Source: Eledone cirrhosa (taxonomy: Eukaryota). From it: 64,000 nt of DNA. Every line of letters starts with the position of its first letter. Within the stretch, counting starts at the first letter, position 1. The position numbers and the translations under genes are program-made. Of this stretch, positions 1-12,459 are shown in pieces. A model generated the notes under the pieces. That model did no database searches and was not told the DNA's origin. It worked only from the letters and a program-made list of their open reading frames with translations. Location: positions 18,228,001 through 18,292,000 of the forward strand of contig OZ024741.1 in the NCBI GenBank assembly GCA_964016885.1, read 5' to 3'.

Positions 1-77
<77 letters not shown>

Positions 78-110
78 ATTCTCCCTCTCTCTCCCCTCTC
101 GCTTTCTCTC
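1..110. repeat. (CT)n microsatellite
   Basis: Direct reading. Confidence 0.95.
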
Positions 111-114
111 TAGG

Positions 115-960
115 TTCTCAAGACAGAAACCTCTCATACGACTCTCACTACCACCAATTTAATAGTTGTGATTACTGTCCTTTACCAAAAACCTCATGGA
201 TTTCGTTTCTCCACCCACGACAGGGCACAGCTACAAAACTCTCCCGTAGTTTTCTGTGGTCATTAGGTCTTTAATTCCATACTCATCCCACCCGACCATC
301 TCTGCTTTTCTGTGATCTCTGCACTCAACATCTGCTCATATTGAACTAAAACTATGATATTGAGCCAAAGATTAATATTACTTCTCAATTCTCTGACTAT
401 CAACATCGTGCAGGGCAGGTATGTATCACACAATTTCAATCTTGAATACTAGGCAGGTACTTGTGAATAATTTCCCACAGTTACACTTTCAAGGGCTCGC
501 TAAACCCCTTGCCGTTCTCCACGAAGCAGGGGTATATCTCTTTTCTTCATGCCAGTTCTTGAAAAAAACCTTACTCTTCTTTAAAACTGTGATGATTCAT
601 AAATGTTAATGCAAATTATTATAAGCATTTTTACTAGAGGGCAGATTATCGTGAAAATTTAAAGATTTTCTCGACGTCCTCGGGGGCAATGTATTAGCCA
701 TCCTGTCGGTCGGGACCCAGAGGTGGAGTGGTTGTTCCAGTAGGTCTCTCTCGCCGTCCTCGGAGCAATGTATTTTCCATCCTATAGATCAGGACCCAGA
801 GGCGGAGGGGCTGTTCCAGTGGGTCTCCCTCGCCGTCCTCGGGGGCAATATATTATCCATCCTGTCAGCCGGGATCCAGAGGTGGAGAGTAAATTAGTTG
901 GAAATGTTCGGACGTCACTTTCTCTCTTTTTCTTTAAAACATATTATTCATCACCTTTTT
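115..960 (-). pseudogene. Decayed Tx1/L1-like ORF1 remnant
   Basis: Minus-strand translation DTYLPCTMLIVRELRSNINLWL...MRFLVKDSNHNY*IGGSESRMRVSV aligns by eye with ORF1 of the LINE at 27738 (PTYMGKKTQRIWITTITPNINYWWL...LNIIVEGRRPSCYLCGNRGHLRAAC). Stops present and knuckle Cys/His lost. Confidence 0.4.
675..889. repeat. ~80-bp tandem repeat, ~2.7 diverged copies
   Basis: CGTCCTCGG..GCAAT..CCATCCT..GGA(C/T)CCAGAGG recurs at 675, 755 and 834. Confidence 0.8.
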
Positions 961-979
961 CTTGAACATATTATATTTA

Positions 980-1165
980 ATTGTTTCTACATTTGGCACA
1001 AGGCCAGCAATTACCCAGTACATTACTGGTACATTATTTTATCGACCACGTAAGGATGAAAGGCAAAGTTAACCTCGGCGGGATTTGAACTTAGAATGGC
1101 AAGTGCCGTAACTCTTTGCTGCAAAGCATGGCGTCCGACCCTCTACCGATACTGTCAATCCACCG
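980..1165 (-). mobile_element. tRNA-derived SINE (dominant family)
   Basis: Reverse complement of the copy at 1966; core ATCGACC..GTAAGGATGAAAGGCAAAGTTAACCTCGGCGGGATTTGAACT. Confidence 0.85.
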
Positions 1166-1601
1166 ATATTTAATGCCATGCAGTTAGAGTGATGCTGTGG
1201 GTTTATTTTCTTAAGAGTGCATTGCTAATGTGGTTTAATGTGGTACAGGACGTTGAGATTTGATACGATTTCTGTTCGGTAAGAATGAATATTTTCATGA
1301 ATTGACAAGAGAGCAGCTTAGTGTAGGTAGTCAGATCACTAAATAATCCCCGCCTAACCGTGGGATTCGGACAACAGGGGGGAGTGATTGACACACCTGT
1401 TGGAGTTTAACTTATGCTGCTACTGCTGTCTGTTTGTCTGTCGTATAAACCACCCACCCACGCCCACCACCACATATACATGTACATACTTTCTTTTTTC
1501 CTTCGTTTTTCTCTTTCCTCTTTTCCTCACCCCACTCCTCTTATCCCTAAAAGCCAAAACCCATTAAAACAAAAAAATCTTTAGTAAAAAATTACATTAT
1601 C

Positions 1602-1641
<40 letters not shown>

Positions 1642-1865
1642 TATATATATAATAAATATATAAATATATCATCAATATAGTAAAGTAAGTAGCTGGTAGT
1701 ACGTGTTGGAATTGGTGTCGCTAGTGTAACGAAATATTTTCTGTAGTGGACGGTGGCGTCTCATTCCTAAAGAAATTAGTTCAACTATGTTGGTATTTTT
1801 ACTGTTGCATATGTGTGAGTGTGTGAAAACACACTCATATATATTATATATATACACACACACAC

Positions 1866-1911
<46 letters not shown>

Positions 1912-1965
1912 ATACATATATATATACATGTATATTATATATATATATATTATATATATATATAA

Positions 1966-2152
1966 GGGCGGTGGATTGGCAGTATCGGTAGAGGGTCGGA
2001 CGCCATGCTTTCAGCATAGTTACGTCCCTTTACGATCTGAGTTCAAATCCCGCCGAGGTTGACTTTGCCTTTCATCCTTACGGGGTCGATAAAATAAAGT
2101 ACCAGTAATGCACTGGGTAATTGCTGGCCTTGTGCCTAAAGTAGAAACAATT
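1966..2152 (+). mobile_element. tRNA-derived SINE, full length (dominant family)
   Basis: A-box-like TGGCAGTATCGG, B-box GAGTTCAAATCC, conserved body and AGAAACAATTA end; more than 12 copies in the window. Confidence 0.9.
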
Positions 2153-2490
2153 ATATATATATATACATACACACACACATATATATTATATATACACACA
2201 TACACATGTATACATATATATATATATATATTATACACACACATACGCACACATGTATATATAAATATGTATATATATATATATATATATATTTATTCAG
2301 GTTTGAGGTTCACCACTGTATAGAGCTGGTCTATTCCGTATGGTCAATCGTAATGCAATAATATAGAGAGTACTCAACGTAAAGCAGTTCAACCGTCTTT
2401 GTTTTTGTAGTTGGTGGTGCTATTACGGAGTTAAATATTATAATGAAATGACAGGAGGCTGGATTTGTGTAAATCCTTGAAAGGTTTATT

Positions 2491-2548
2491 ATACTATGAT
2501 CATTTCAATGACCGGGTTCCGTATGAATCCGGTGATATCATCAGGTAT
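2491..2548 (-). ncRNA. Type I hammerhead ribozyme (F1)
   Basis: Reverse complement of the 3686 motif. Confidence 0.75.
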
Positions 2549-3685
2549 TCGAAATATAATACGTGAATGTAATAGGTAAAATCCATGGGGCTGAAAATCG
2601 AGACCCGAGGGCGACCGCTATTCTGTTCCTTCAACCTCAGCCGGTCGCCCTGGAGTGACGTGGCTAAATTTTACAGTATGCTTACTACCGGTCAGATGAA
2701 CGAAAACAGAAAGGGATGGGAGCATAGGTTAACGTCGATCCCATGACACAAGGTAAAAGAATGAAAGAAAGGAAGGAGAGAGAAGAAGGGGGAAGAAAGA
2801 AGAAGAGAAGCCAGGGTTAATGTCAGCTAAAAGAGGAAGGCAGATATAGGCTAGCAAGAGGGGGAAGGAAGATAAGTCTGCGGGAGGAAGACAGGGGGAG
2901 GGGAGAAGAGAAGGAAGGGAAGAGAGACGTAGAAAAGTAAGGGTTGATGGCTACAAGAAGGAAGATAGACAGAAAGAGGAAGAAAGGTCGATATTAATGT
3001 CAGACCACAGTCAAGCCAGGAGTGGCGCGAGAAAATGTACACAGGGACCCGCATCTTAGCAGAGATGAATATATTGGGAGTCAGTGTTTTACAGTGTTTA
3101 GACTTCTAGGATGAAGTTAAAAAAATTAATAATCAATATTCAATATTAAAGAGGTTAGAAAATTTAAAGTTCAACAGTTTAACATTTAATTATATAATAG
3201 TTCCGATTTGTTCTGTAATTTAAAGGTACTATTTGGCGGTTAAAACACCGGCCGCGCCCCGGGCCCCATGGCGAACTAAGCCACGCCGAGTATTTTCATT
3301 TACTGAAAGAAGGGGAAATTTATTTTTCCAAGCACTCCAGGTGAGCTCGTTCGCAAGGGAGCCGGTCGCGCCGCCATTAAAACCCACCCAACAGTCCGAC
3401 AGAAAGTTGGAACTTTAAAATTTTGCTTAGAGAAGTAAAAGAGTAATGGTTGATAGCTACAAGAAGGAAGATAGAAAGAGAGAGGAATTGGCGGTTAAAA
3501 CACCGGCCGCGCCCCGGGCCCCATGGCGAATTAAGCCACGCCGAGTATTTTCATTTACCGAAAGAAGGGGAAATTTATTTTTCCAAGCACTCCAGGTGAG
3601 CCCAGGAACAGAATAGCGGTCGCCCTCGGGTCTCGATTTTCAGCCCCATGGATTTTACCTATTACATTCACGTATTATATTTCGA

Positions 3686-3743
3686 ATACCTGATGATATC
3701 ACCGGATTCATACGGAACCCGGTCATCGAAATGATCATAGTAT
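3686..3743 (+). ncRNA. Type I minimal hammerhead ribozyme (F1)
   Basis: atac CTGATGA [stem II accgg/ccggt with inner hairpin] GAAA T-GATC-A TA gtat; palindromic stem III loop, AUA cleavage triplet. Confidence 0.8.
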
Positions 3744-3793
3744 AATAAACCTTTCAAGGATTTACACAAATCCAGCCTCCTGTCATTTCATTA

Positions 3794-3862
<69 letters not shown>

Positions 3863-3863
<1 letters not shown>

Positions 3864-4100
3864 TTTATACCGGGTTCAATCGGGGGTAACCACAGTAAGT
3901 AAGGTACTCCATACAAAGCAGAGTATAAACATTGAATATATAAAGGCCTCTACAGAACTAGAACTGTTTCATTTGGTTGAAATCATCAGGAAGCTGGCTG
4001 TCCAAGTAATATGGTGGTATTTATATATTTCCTGGTGGTAGGAGAGGGTGTTGATTGGGATGGGTGGAGGTCATTCGTTGATGGGTTTAGAGAAAAGATA
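3863..4100 (-). mobile_element. PLE-like 3' end, family F4, with HHR-like core
   Basis: Homologous to 44525-44590 and 54690-54880; minus strand reads CTGATGA tttcaaccaaat GAAA at about 3968-3990; starts at (TA)n. Confidence 0.6.
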
Positions 4101-4109
4101 TATATACAT

Positions 4110-4144
<35 letters not shown>

Positions 4145-4266
4145 GAAGTGGTTACACAACAGTTAGTTCACCATACCGAGAACAATTGTTTTACCTTAGC
4201 GGATCCTCAGCTCGTCCCATGGACTGAGTGCTCTACCACTTCGGATATTACCTTCCAGTGTTCTAC

Positions 4267-4338
<72 letters not shown>

Positions 4339-4481
4339 TATATACACACGTTCCTCACCCACTCAATAATTTAATTAAGTCCGAATTATTAAAATTCGAA
4401 CCCAAACGATTAGAGTGTAGACATACGTTAAATGATGAGGAAGACGACTTCGTGTGGGTAGGAGATTTGAGACACCAAAAT

Positions 4482-4534
<53 letters not shown>

Positions 4535-4538
<4 letters not shown>

Positions 4539-5179
4539 AAGTATATATCCCTACACGCAAAAAGCACCTAGGGACATATGTATTGTCCAACCATATGCCA
4601 ATGTGGTTCAATGGCAGGTTAATAAATTAACGAGCCAGAACATATATAATCAAGGTTTAGCAAATAAGAAAAAGTTTCAAAATAAATTTTAAAAGATTCA
4701 CTATGGTTACCTTTACCGAACCGGTTTCGAGTCTCAAAAATAAATGGACAGTCCTTGCGGCCTTCAATTGAAAAAATAAACTCTCGTCAGAAGGGCCTTT
4801 TCACTCGGAGAATATAAAATTCCCGAGTTCAAATTACGAACTGACGCCATTCAAAATTGTTCCCGAGATGAGAATGAATGATGTGGAAGCAATTCTGTCC
4901 AGTGCCGTGTGTAAAGATAGAAGCAAAGGCAGGGAGGTCAGTCTACTACCACTATAAATAGCAGCAGTCAGAACGACCAAATTTTATCTCGACCAAGAGG
5001 AGTAAAATAATAATAATAATAAAGCGTCTAGGGACACATGTATTGTCCAACCATATGCCAATGTGGTTCTGTCCATTTACTTTTGAGACTCGAAACCGAT
5101 TCGGTAAAGGAAACCATAGTGAGTACAGTGAATCTTTTAAAATTTATTTTGAAACCTTTTCTTATTTGCTAAACCTTGA

Positions 5180-5180
<1 letters not shown>
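4535..5180. mobile_element. PLE-like 3' end, family F3, inverted arms plus tail
   Basis: 4650-4752 inverted at 5069-5179; tail 4535-4640; internal site CATATATAA at about 4641; 42-bp direct repeat 4568/5028. Confidence 0.75.
4712..4796 (-). ncRNA. Hammerhead-like motif (F3)
   Basis: Minus strand: CTGACGA gagtt...gactc GAAA CCGG TT; stem I imperfect. Confidence 0.55.
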
Positions 5181-5264
<84 letters not shown>

Positions 5265-5413
5265 AACCAGTAAGACCCCGACAGCTGAGCTCAAGCCGTT
5301 TCGACGGCTAATTCTGGACTAAATGAAAATTTATCCTGGTGGTAGGAGAGGGTGTTGATTGGGATGGGTGGAGGTCATTCGTTGATGGGTTTAAAGAAAA
5401 GATATATATACAT

Positions 5414-5459
<46 letters not shown>

Positions 5460-5782
5460 TATCCTGGTATTTAAATAGCCGATCTTCTCAAGGGGTAATT
5501 CCATATATGGTCAAAGTGATTGTCAAAAATCAGTAGTAATTCTGTGGTTGCAAATTAGTAGGGGAGATGGTGGCTAAACCTGCCAGTAGGAGAAAGAGGG
5601 GAGGGGGTGGAGTAGACCCAATCAAGCGTTGGTAGTGCCAGCTACAGCTGGGCATGAGGTCAAAGAAGATACAGGGGAGGGGGAGGGGGAGGAAGTCGGA
5701 ACGGTAGGTAGAACAATGGGGGGTAGAAATAGGAAAGAAAAAATACTGAGAGTGAAGAAAAGCAAATAAGTGTAAAGAAAAA

Positions 5783-5899
5783 ATGCTGTTTTCGACGGAC
5801 CAACTCCTAAACAAGAAAGATGAACTGGTTACTGCATGTAAACATAGATTGCGTAGGACTTACCTCGCCCTCAAACCCCATAATGACCCGGGGGGGTAG
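5783..5899 (+). pseudogene. C-terminal fragment of a PLE GIY-YIG ORF
   Basis: MLFSTDQLLNKKDELVTACKHRLRRTY matches ILYATDHILNRKSEAISACKHKLHKTF of the ORF at 53094; too short for the ORF track. Confidence 0.8.
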
Positions 5900-6997
5900 A
5901 CTAGGGCTATAACACCCCACTTGCCGATTTTGCAATGGGTAACCCCTGCTTGCCAAGGAAGACGTAAGATCTTCTTTGTATTCTTTTATCGCTTCCTTTA
6001 TTTCCTTCCCCCTCTCTCCTTTGTCCTTCTACCCCAGCTCTTCTCCTTTGTCGGCGTCTTTTCTCGCCCACCCGAGGCTGCCCTTTGGCCCCATGTAGCC
6101 TTAGTACCCCCACCCCCCCTCCCCTAGTCTATGATAGATTTGGCGGACTCCGCCCTTTATAGCAGTTGGCTTAGACCCCGGATACTTGCCCCCTTTTTCC
6201 GACCGCTCCCACTATTCTCTGTGCCCTCTATATTTCTTAGTGGCACTTATGCCTTATTTTTTCGTTTCAGTATTTCTTGCTTCGCTTTTCTTCTGGGCGG
6301 GGTGGATTCTGAATTTATTTTTCCGTATTCTACCTTTATTTCGTACGAACTTTCATGTAGCTTGTTTTAGATCTTTTAGAGTTAGCATTAGTATATATTT
6401 TTCTCGGGACTCAGAATTATTATCTCGTACAAGTTCACTTTGCTGCACTGGGTCGTTGCTGGCCCGGGATGGAAACCTTTATTGTTTATTTCGTGGTAGT
6501 CTCTTTAGTATTTTGGCCCCTTTTGTTGACCCGTCACCGTATCATTTACGTACTTATACCTCTTAAAAGGGTCCTTGCCTATACCGTCCCACCTAGTTCT
6601 TTTACTTATTTCCTTATTTATTTATTTATTTATTTATTTACTTCTTTCTTTCTTTATTTTATTCTCGCCTAACAATAGCCTGACACCTAGGTCGTAGAAT
6701 TTAATTTACTTTTTTTCTTTACACTTATTTGCTTTTCTTCACTCTCAGTATTTTTTCTTTCCTATTTCTACCCCCCATTGTTCTACCTACCGTTCCGACT
6801 TCCTCCCCCTCCCCCTCCCCTGTATCTTCTTTGACCTCATGCCCAGCTGTAGCTGGCACTACCAACGCTTGATTGGGTCTACTCCACCCCCTCCCCTCTT
6901 TCTCCTACTGGCAGGTTTAGCCACCATCTCCCCTACTAATTTGCAACCACAGAATTACTACTGATTTTTGACAATCACTTTGACCATATATGGAATT

Positions 6998-7091
6998 ACC
7001 CCTTGAGAAGATCGGCTATTTAAATACCAGGATAAATTTTCATTTAGTCCAGAATTAGCCGTCGAAACGGCTTGAGCTCAGCTGTCGGGGT
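6998..7091 (+). ncRNA. Type I hammerhead with U3:A8 core variant (F2)
   Basis: acccc TTGAGAA gatcggcta...tagccgtc GAA acggct-tgagctc-agctgt C ggggt; all three stems pair, GUC triplet at 7084-7086. Confidence 0.75.
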
Positions 7092-7182
7092 CTTACTGGT
7101 TCCTATTACCCACTCTACTACCTCAAGTATTGAGTACTTTGGTGCGTTATGGTCCACCTGGTTCCTTACCACATTTCCTTCG

Positions 7183-7212
<30 letters not shown>

Positions 7213-7218
<6 letters not shown>

Positions 7219-8039
7219 AGGGTAAACATTGATACAAATCAATTCAAGCACTCAACGTACTTTTTCCACATAGGAGTGACGGAGTGACACTAGAATCCTT
7301 CTCAGAACATATTACTTAAACACCTCTCTCCATATTATTTACTCACTTCAGTCTATATTTTTACTCACCTCAATCCGAATTATCACCTGAAAAGAATTTT
7401 TTTAATTCTTTAATTTCTAATTGTTAATTTCTTAATTGTTTAATTTATAATTTCTGATATTTGATTTAGGATTTTAATTTTTATTTCCAACTCTCAGTCT
7501 TAACTTCCAACGTAAAACCATGATACCTAGAATAAGTTTATTTTCCCTAATAAGGTGATGGTCAGTCGTACCGTCAACGCTTAGTGAGGGGTAGTATTAT
7601 GACCTGTAAAAACTAACACTCTCCCATCCCTCTGGCTCTCGGCTGACTACCACAGCCGTGATGGGTAGCAGTAAAATATGGTACAGACATTGGTGGGCCA
7701 TTGTTTTGGCTGAGGGGGTGAACTGACTAAGCAAATTTCGTTGAAGTCTGCGGTGGCGAATGGTCAACTTCCTTCGGACATGCGCTTGCGCAGGCCGGTG
7801 GGGGTGAATTGTTACTCACAAGGGAGAGGATGAAAAACCCAAGAACACGCAATTCATCCGTTCCCTTGTCGATCCAATTTGGATTGCCTCGGAAACATAA
7901 CCTTATTATGTAACAAGCTGTCTGATGATGACACGACACTCGCACACAGAACAGTGTGGCCAGTGTCGTCACTGAAATATATATCACAGCATTATTATTA
8001 AAGGACTTGAACATCTGAAACTACTTCGCTTTTCCTTAT

Positions 8040-8042
<3 letters not shown>
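7213..8042. mobile_element. PLE-like insertion: antisense tail joined to a sense HHR-bearing arm
   Basis: (TA)n on both sides; tail motif GCACTCAA at 7248; HHR at 7917. Confidence 0.6.
7917..7990 (+). ncRNA. Type I hammerhead ribozyme
   Basis: gctgt CTGATGA tgacacgacact...agtgtcgtcact GAAA T-ATAT-A TC acagc; 5-bp stem I, AUC triplet. Confidence 0.85.
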
Positions 8043-8086
<44 letters not shown>

Positions 8087-8282
8087 TATAGAGTAAAATG
8101 ACAAAAGGCCGAAGACGTGAAATATATATATATATATAACCAAAAGTTAATCAAGGTTCATTGATTAATCAATGAATATAGTTTTACAATAGATTAGAAG
8201 CACTCAATAGCAAGTTTTCTGGAGTTATTAATATTAATTCAAAATATTAATAAATATAGACATTCAACGTAATCAAAATATA

Positions 8283-8344
8283 TTTTATTATCTATATTTC
8301 GGTGGTACTGTGCTGTTTTTTCAGTACGTCCTCATCAGATAAAA
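8283..8344 (-). ncRNA. Type I hammerhead ribozyme
   Basis: Inverted copy of the 8460 motif. Confidence 0.7.
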
Positions 8345-8459
8345 TATATAAATTGATGTATGACATACCTCAACTGTGCTGATGGTTCAATTCCAGTCTT
8401 GCCAAGACTGGAATTGAACCATCAAGACCATTGAGGCATGTCATACATCAATTTAGATA

Positions 8460-8521
8460 TTTTATCTGATGAGTACGTACTGAAAAAACAGCACAGTACC
8501 ACCGAAATATATATAATAAAA
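8460..8521 (+). ncRNA. Type I hammerhead ribozyme
   Basis: ttttat CTGATGA g..gtact...agtac..c GAAA T-ATAT-A TA ataaaa. Confidence 0.75.
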
Positions 8522-8562
8522 TATATTTTGATTACGTTGAATGTCTATATTAATATTTTGAA

Positions 8563-8597
<35 letters not shown>

Positions 8598-8881
8598 GTG
8601 TGTGGTTGTGGTGACTGTGTCTGTAGGTATCTCTGCGTGTGTCATGTAGTTTTGCTGGAGAAGCGAGATAAAAATGTTGTTGGCGTCAGTCTTGGTGACG
8701 TTGAAAACATGACTCTATTTCAGTCTATAAACAGACACTCAAACACAGCTATATATATATATATAGAGAGAGAGGGGGGTGAGGAGAGAGAGAGACAGAG
8801 ATGTATGTATATATATATATGTATATATATATATGTATATATATATATGTATATATCTAAAAAAGTCTAAAGTCTGTCTCA

Positions 8882-8978
8882 TTTAGCCGGTGTTTATCTC
8901 GGTTTCATGGCGTGAAGCGACTGAGAGTACAAGACTTCCCCCTGGATATGACACCAGTCCATCGCAGGGTTAAACCCC
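8882..8978 (-). mobile_element. SINE remnant with V-domain-like segment
   Basis: Minus strand AACCCTGCGATGGACTGGTGTC..TCCAGGG resembles the V-SINE central domain (from memory). Confidence 0.4.
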
Positions 8979-9606
8979 CATCCACACACACACACACACC
9001 TGGCATCATCTTTAAGCTACACCCAAGGCTTGGACCCCATGCTATTCGCCCACAACAAAAATTAAACTCGTATCTCATAACAACAATACGACACAATTAC
9101 TTCACCTCAATTGGCCCCGCTCTCAAAACACATTAACACAGAAACAAACCCCACAAAATACAAAAAGTCTTATTCCCGCAAAAATTCACGGATAAACATC
9201 CTAAACAATAATTCTATGTGAATGGGTCATCGTGTCCAAATCCTGATTTGAAAAATACTGGCCGAAACCTATCAAAGTTTGTATTTATTTTGCAAGATTT
9301 CTTATCTGAAAACATGTGTTGAAACAGATATTGTTATACTTTGGGAGAGTCATAACCCTCACATTGTATAACAATATATATATATATATATCTTATAGCC
9401 TGGTTTAATTGGTTATTTTGTGTGGTTGATTATGCTGATTGGGAGAGGAGATGGTGTATATATCTTATCAAATGATTCTATGGACATACTTTATTGTATA
9501 TTACTCTGATTATTTAATTAATTAATTCGTCATTGAGCCACATCGTGAATGGTTGCCAAAAACATATATATATATATGACTTTGTATAGTTTGTGTATAT
9601 GTAAAT

Positions 9607-9649
<43 letters not shown>

Positions 9650-9650
<1 letters not shown>

Positions 9651-10285
9651 CAATATATCTTTAGGTTTGTTGGTTCACCACTGGATAGAACTGGTCATTC
9701 CGTATGATCAATCCTGGTGTAATATTCTGAAGAGTAGTCAACGCAGTGCAGTTCACCCATCTTCGTTTGTGTAGTTGGTGGTGCGAATACGGAGTTAATT
9801 ATAAATGAAATAACAGGAGGCTGGACTGGTGTAAATCCTTGAAATAACGTTCCAATCTTTGGTTCACACATTAGACCATACAGACACACATTATAGATTC
9901 TTTGGGTAGCATTTTTTCGCGGCATTTTCTAACATGAATGTAGTTTGACCCTTACACTACACTTCTTTCTCCCTTTCTTTCTTCCCCTTCTTCTTTGACG
10001 GAGTGGTGGTAGCACATTGTAAGCCTTCGCCCCCTTACCAGATATTCATTGGTAGTTTTTCGGTTGCCAACACTTTGAGGGCGGCTGGCTGAGAAGCTAG
10101 TCGGCCGGCCATCCCCTCTGTTTCTGATTTTTCGAACCCATGGCTTTTTACATATTCCTTTGTTATATTCCAATACCTGATGATATCACCGGATTCATAT
10201 GGAACCCGGTCATTGAAATGATCATAGTATAATAAACCTTTCAAGGATTTACACCAGTCCAGCCTCCTGTTATTTCATTTATATA
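9650..10285. mobile_element. PLE 3' end, family F1, second copy
   Basis: Tail homologous to 2292-2436; 9800-9845 inverted at 10239-10283; body homologous to 21455-21897. Confidence 0.8.
10173..10230 (+). ncRNA. Type I hammerhead ribozyme (F1)
   Basis: atac CTGATGA ... GAAA TGATCA TA gtat. Confidence 0.8.
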
Positions 10286-10291
10286 ACAATA

Positions 10292-10323
<32 letters not shown>

Positions 10324-10516
10324 CACACATATATATATATAGAGAGAGAGATATATTAGATATGTCTCATATGAAATAATACAGCCAATTTTCCACGCAA
10401 TACTTGTAGTTAGCACCCCGAACGTATAATTGGGAATATAATCACTTATTTCCTAATGTTTGTTGAGTGAGTTGGAATTTGGCCGGAGTATCGCTAAAAA
10501 GCTTTCTCCGATATTG

Positions 10517-10558
<42 letters not shown>

Positions 10559-10632
10559 GGTAATTTAGTAATGTCTTTTATCCTTTTAGGTGGCACCACT
10601 ATGAGCACTCAATGCTACTACTTGAATGATAC

Positions 10633-10719
10633 ACGTCTGCTGAGCAGATTAATACTGAAGTCAGGTTTCTTATATCGATTAAGAACTTGAGCCAATAAAT
10701 TGCGAAACATATGTCACGT
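10633..10719 (+). ncRNA. Degenerate hammerhead (A6C) with extended stem II
   Basis: acgt CTGCTGA gca...tgc GAAA C-ATAT-G TC acgt; inner hairpin tcaggtttctta/taagaacttga. Confidence 0.6.
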
Positions 10720-11189
10720 ATAATATTGAATAAAATGAAAACATTTTAAAGTGAATCATCGTTACCTCTAACATAATCAATATCTCTCTCTATATATATT
10801 TTTTGACCAAGAAAGATAGAAAAAAAACTCACTCCAACATTTGATTTTAATTTTAAATCTTTAATTTTTAGTTTTTAACTTCTATTAATTCTTTTTAATT
10901 TTTTATTTCAATACTCAACATTTGATCAGATGAATTTTACTAATACATCGAAACCGGTAATACTTTATATACTTTATATACTTTATATACTTTATATACA
11001 TTATAAAACTTTTTTTAAAAAGAATTCTCCCTCTCATCTTTTCAATAATGTCATCTTTTCAATAATGTCACTTTGACGAATCAAAGAAAGGTTAAAAAAA
11101 GAAAAACAGACCCAGAAATATATTTTCCGTGCTATTTCCAACTTCACCTCTTCTCTATATCCACTGTTTTGTATAGAACTATACTTCCC

Positions 11190-11298
<109 letters not shown>

Positions 11299-11422
11299 CT
11301 GTGTGTGTTGAGGCAAATAACTATGTGTATACTCTGAGAATGTATCTTACATTGCCCATTGAGTGCGCTGAGATACAACCGGTACTGGCATTGATAAATA
11401 TGATGGGTCCGTCAACCCTTAT

Positions 11423-11486
<64 letters not shown>

Positions 11487-11745
11487 GGAGTCGTATCTAT
11501 CACACCGCCATCTCTCTATATTTATATATATTTAAATCTACACACATATATACCAACAACCCAACATCATCCATACGAAGGTGCCACCGTACGTCACGCT
11601 TGTGTAACAGTTACAAATGATGGTGACGCCAGAGTAGGTAATTTATCTAAGAAGGCTTATTTTAATTTAATGAACTTTAACTCCCAGTTATAATTAAATT
11701 ATCAATCAATCTCTATTCCTGGCGCCACTCCAAGCAAACACACAA

Positions 11746-11829
<84 letters not shown>

Positions 11830-11970
11830 TTGTTTGTGTGTGTCGGTCTGTTTATTTGTTATTTCCGTTTACCTTTTGCATTTATATATGTGTGTGTATG
11901 TGTGTGTGCGTTCGTGTATTCATGTATATGTGTGTGTGTGTGTGTGTGTATGTGTGTAAATATATATATA

Positions 11971-12046
<76 letters not shown>

Positions 12047-12459
12047 TATATCATTATATATATATATCATACATCATACATGTATGTGTGTGTGAGTATG
12101 TATGTGTCCGTATAAATGTATATATACAGCAATAGAATTAGATAAATCTTCAATTTGAGACTAAAATTATAAAGTATATCAAAAGATTTCACTACAAATT
12201 GTTACATGACTGTTCTTCCATACATTCAGTCATTCAGACATACTTTCACTCATTTACACATACTTATGTACATGCGATCACACACGAGATTATAAACTCA
12301 CTGAGGGCTCATATAGGTGACGTAATTACTACCCTATCAGGAATAATACACCAAGTATGCACCAATACAATTTATGGGAAATTAAATAACCGAAATAAAA
12401 CCTGCACAGCAAAGATCGTTGATAAATCCAAATTGAAATCTTCGGATTTGAAAACGGCA

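Larger units (their letters stand above)
2292..3797. mobile_element. Penelope-like element 3' end, family F1, inverted arms plus tail, in (TA)n
   Basis: 2437-2630 is the reverse complement of 3604-3795; an extra ~145-nt tail 2292-2436 is on the left only; each arm has an HHR; homologues at 9650 and 21455. Confidence 0.8.
5262..7185 (+). mobile_element. 5'-truncated Penelope-like element, family F2, with ~400-bp inverted arm
   Basis: 5262-5785 (minus a 113-bp insert) is the reverse complement of 6712-7105; the right arm holds the ORF C-terminus, 3' UTR, HHR and an 80-nt tail; (TA)n on both sides. Confidence 0.85.
8118..8568. mobile_element. PLE-like fold-back plus tail
   Basis: ~170-bp inverted arms centred on CTTGCCAAG (~8401); ~110-nt tail on the left; each arm has an HHR. 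Confidence 0.8.
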
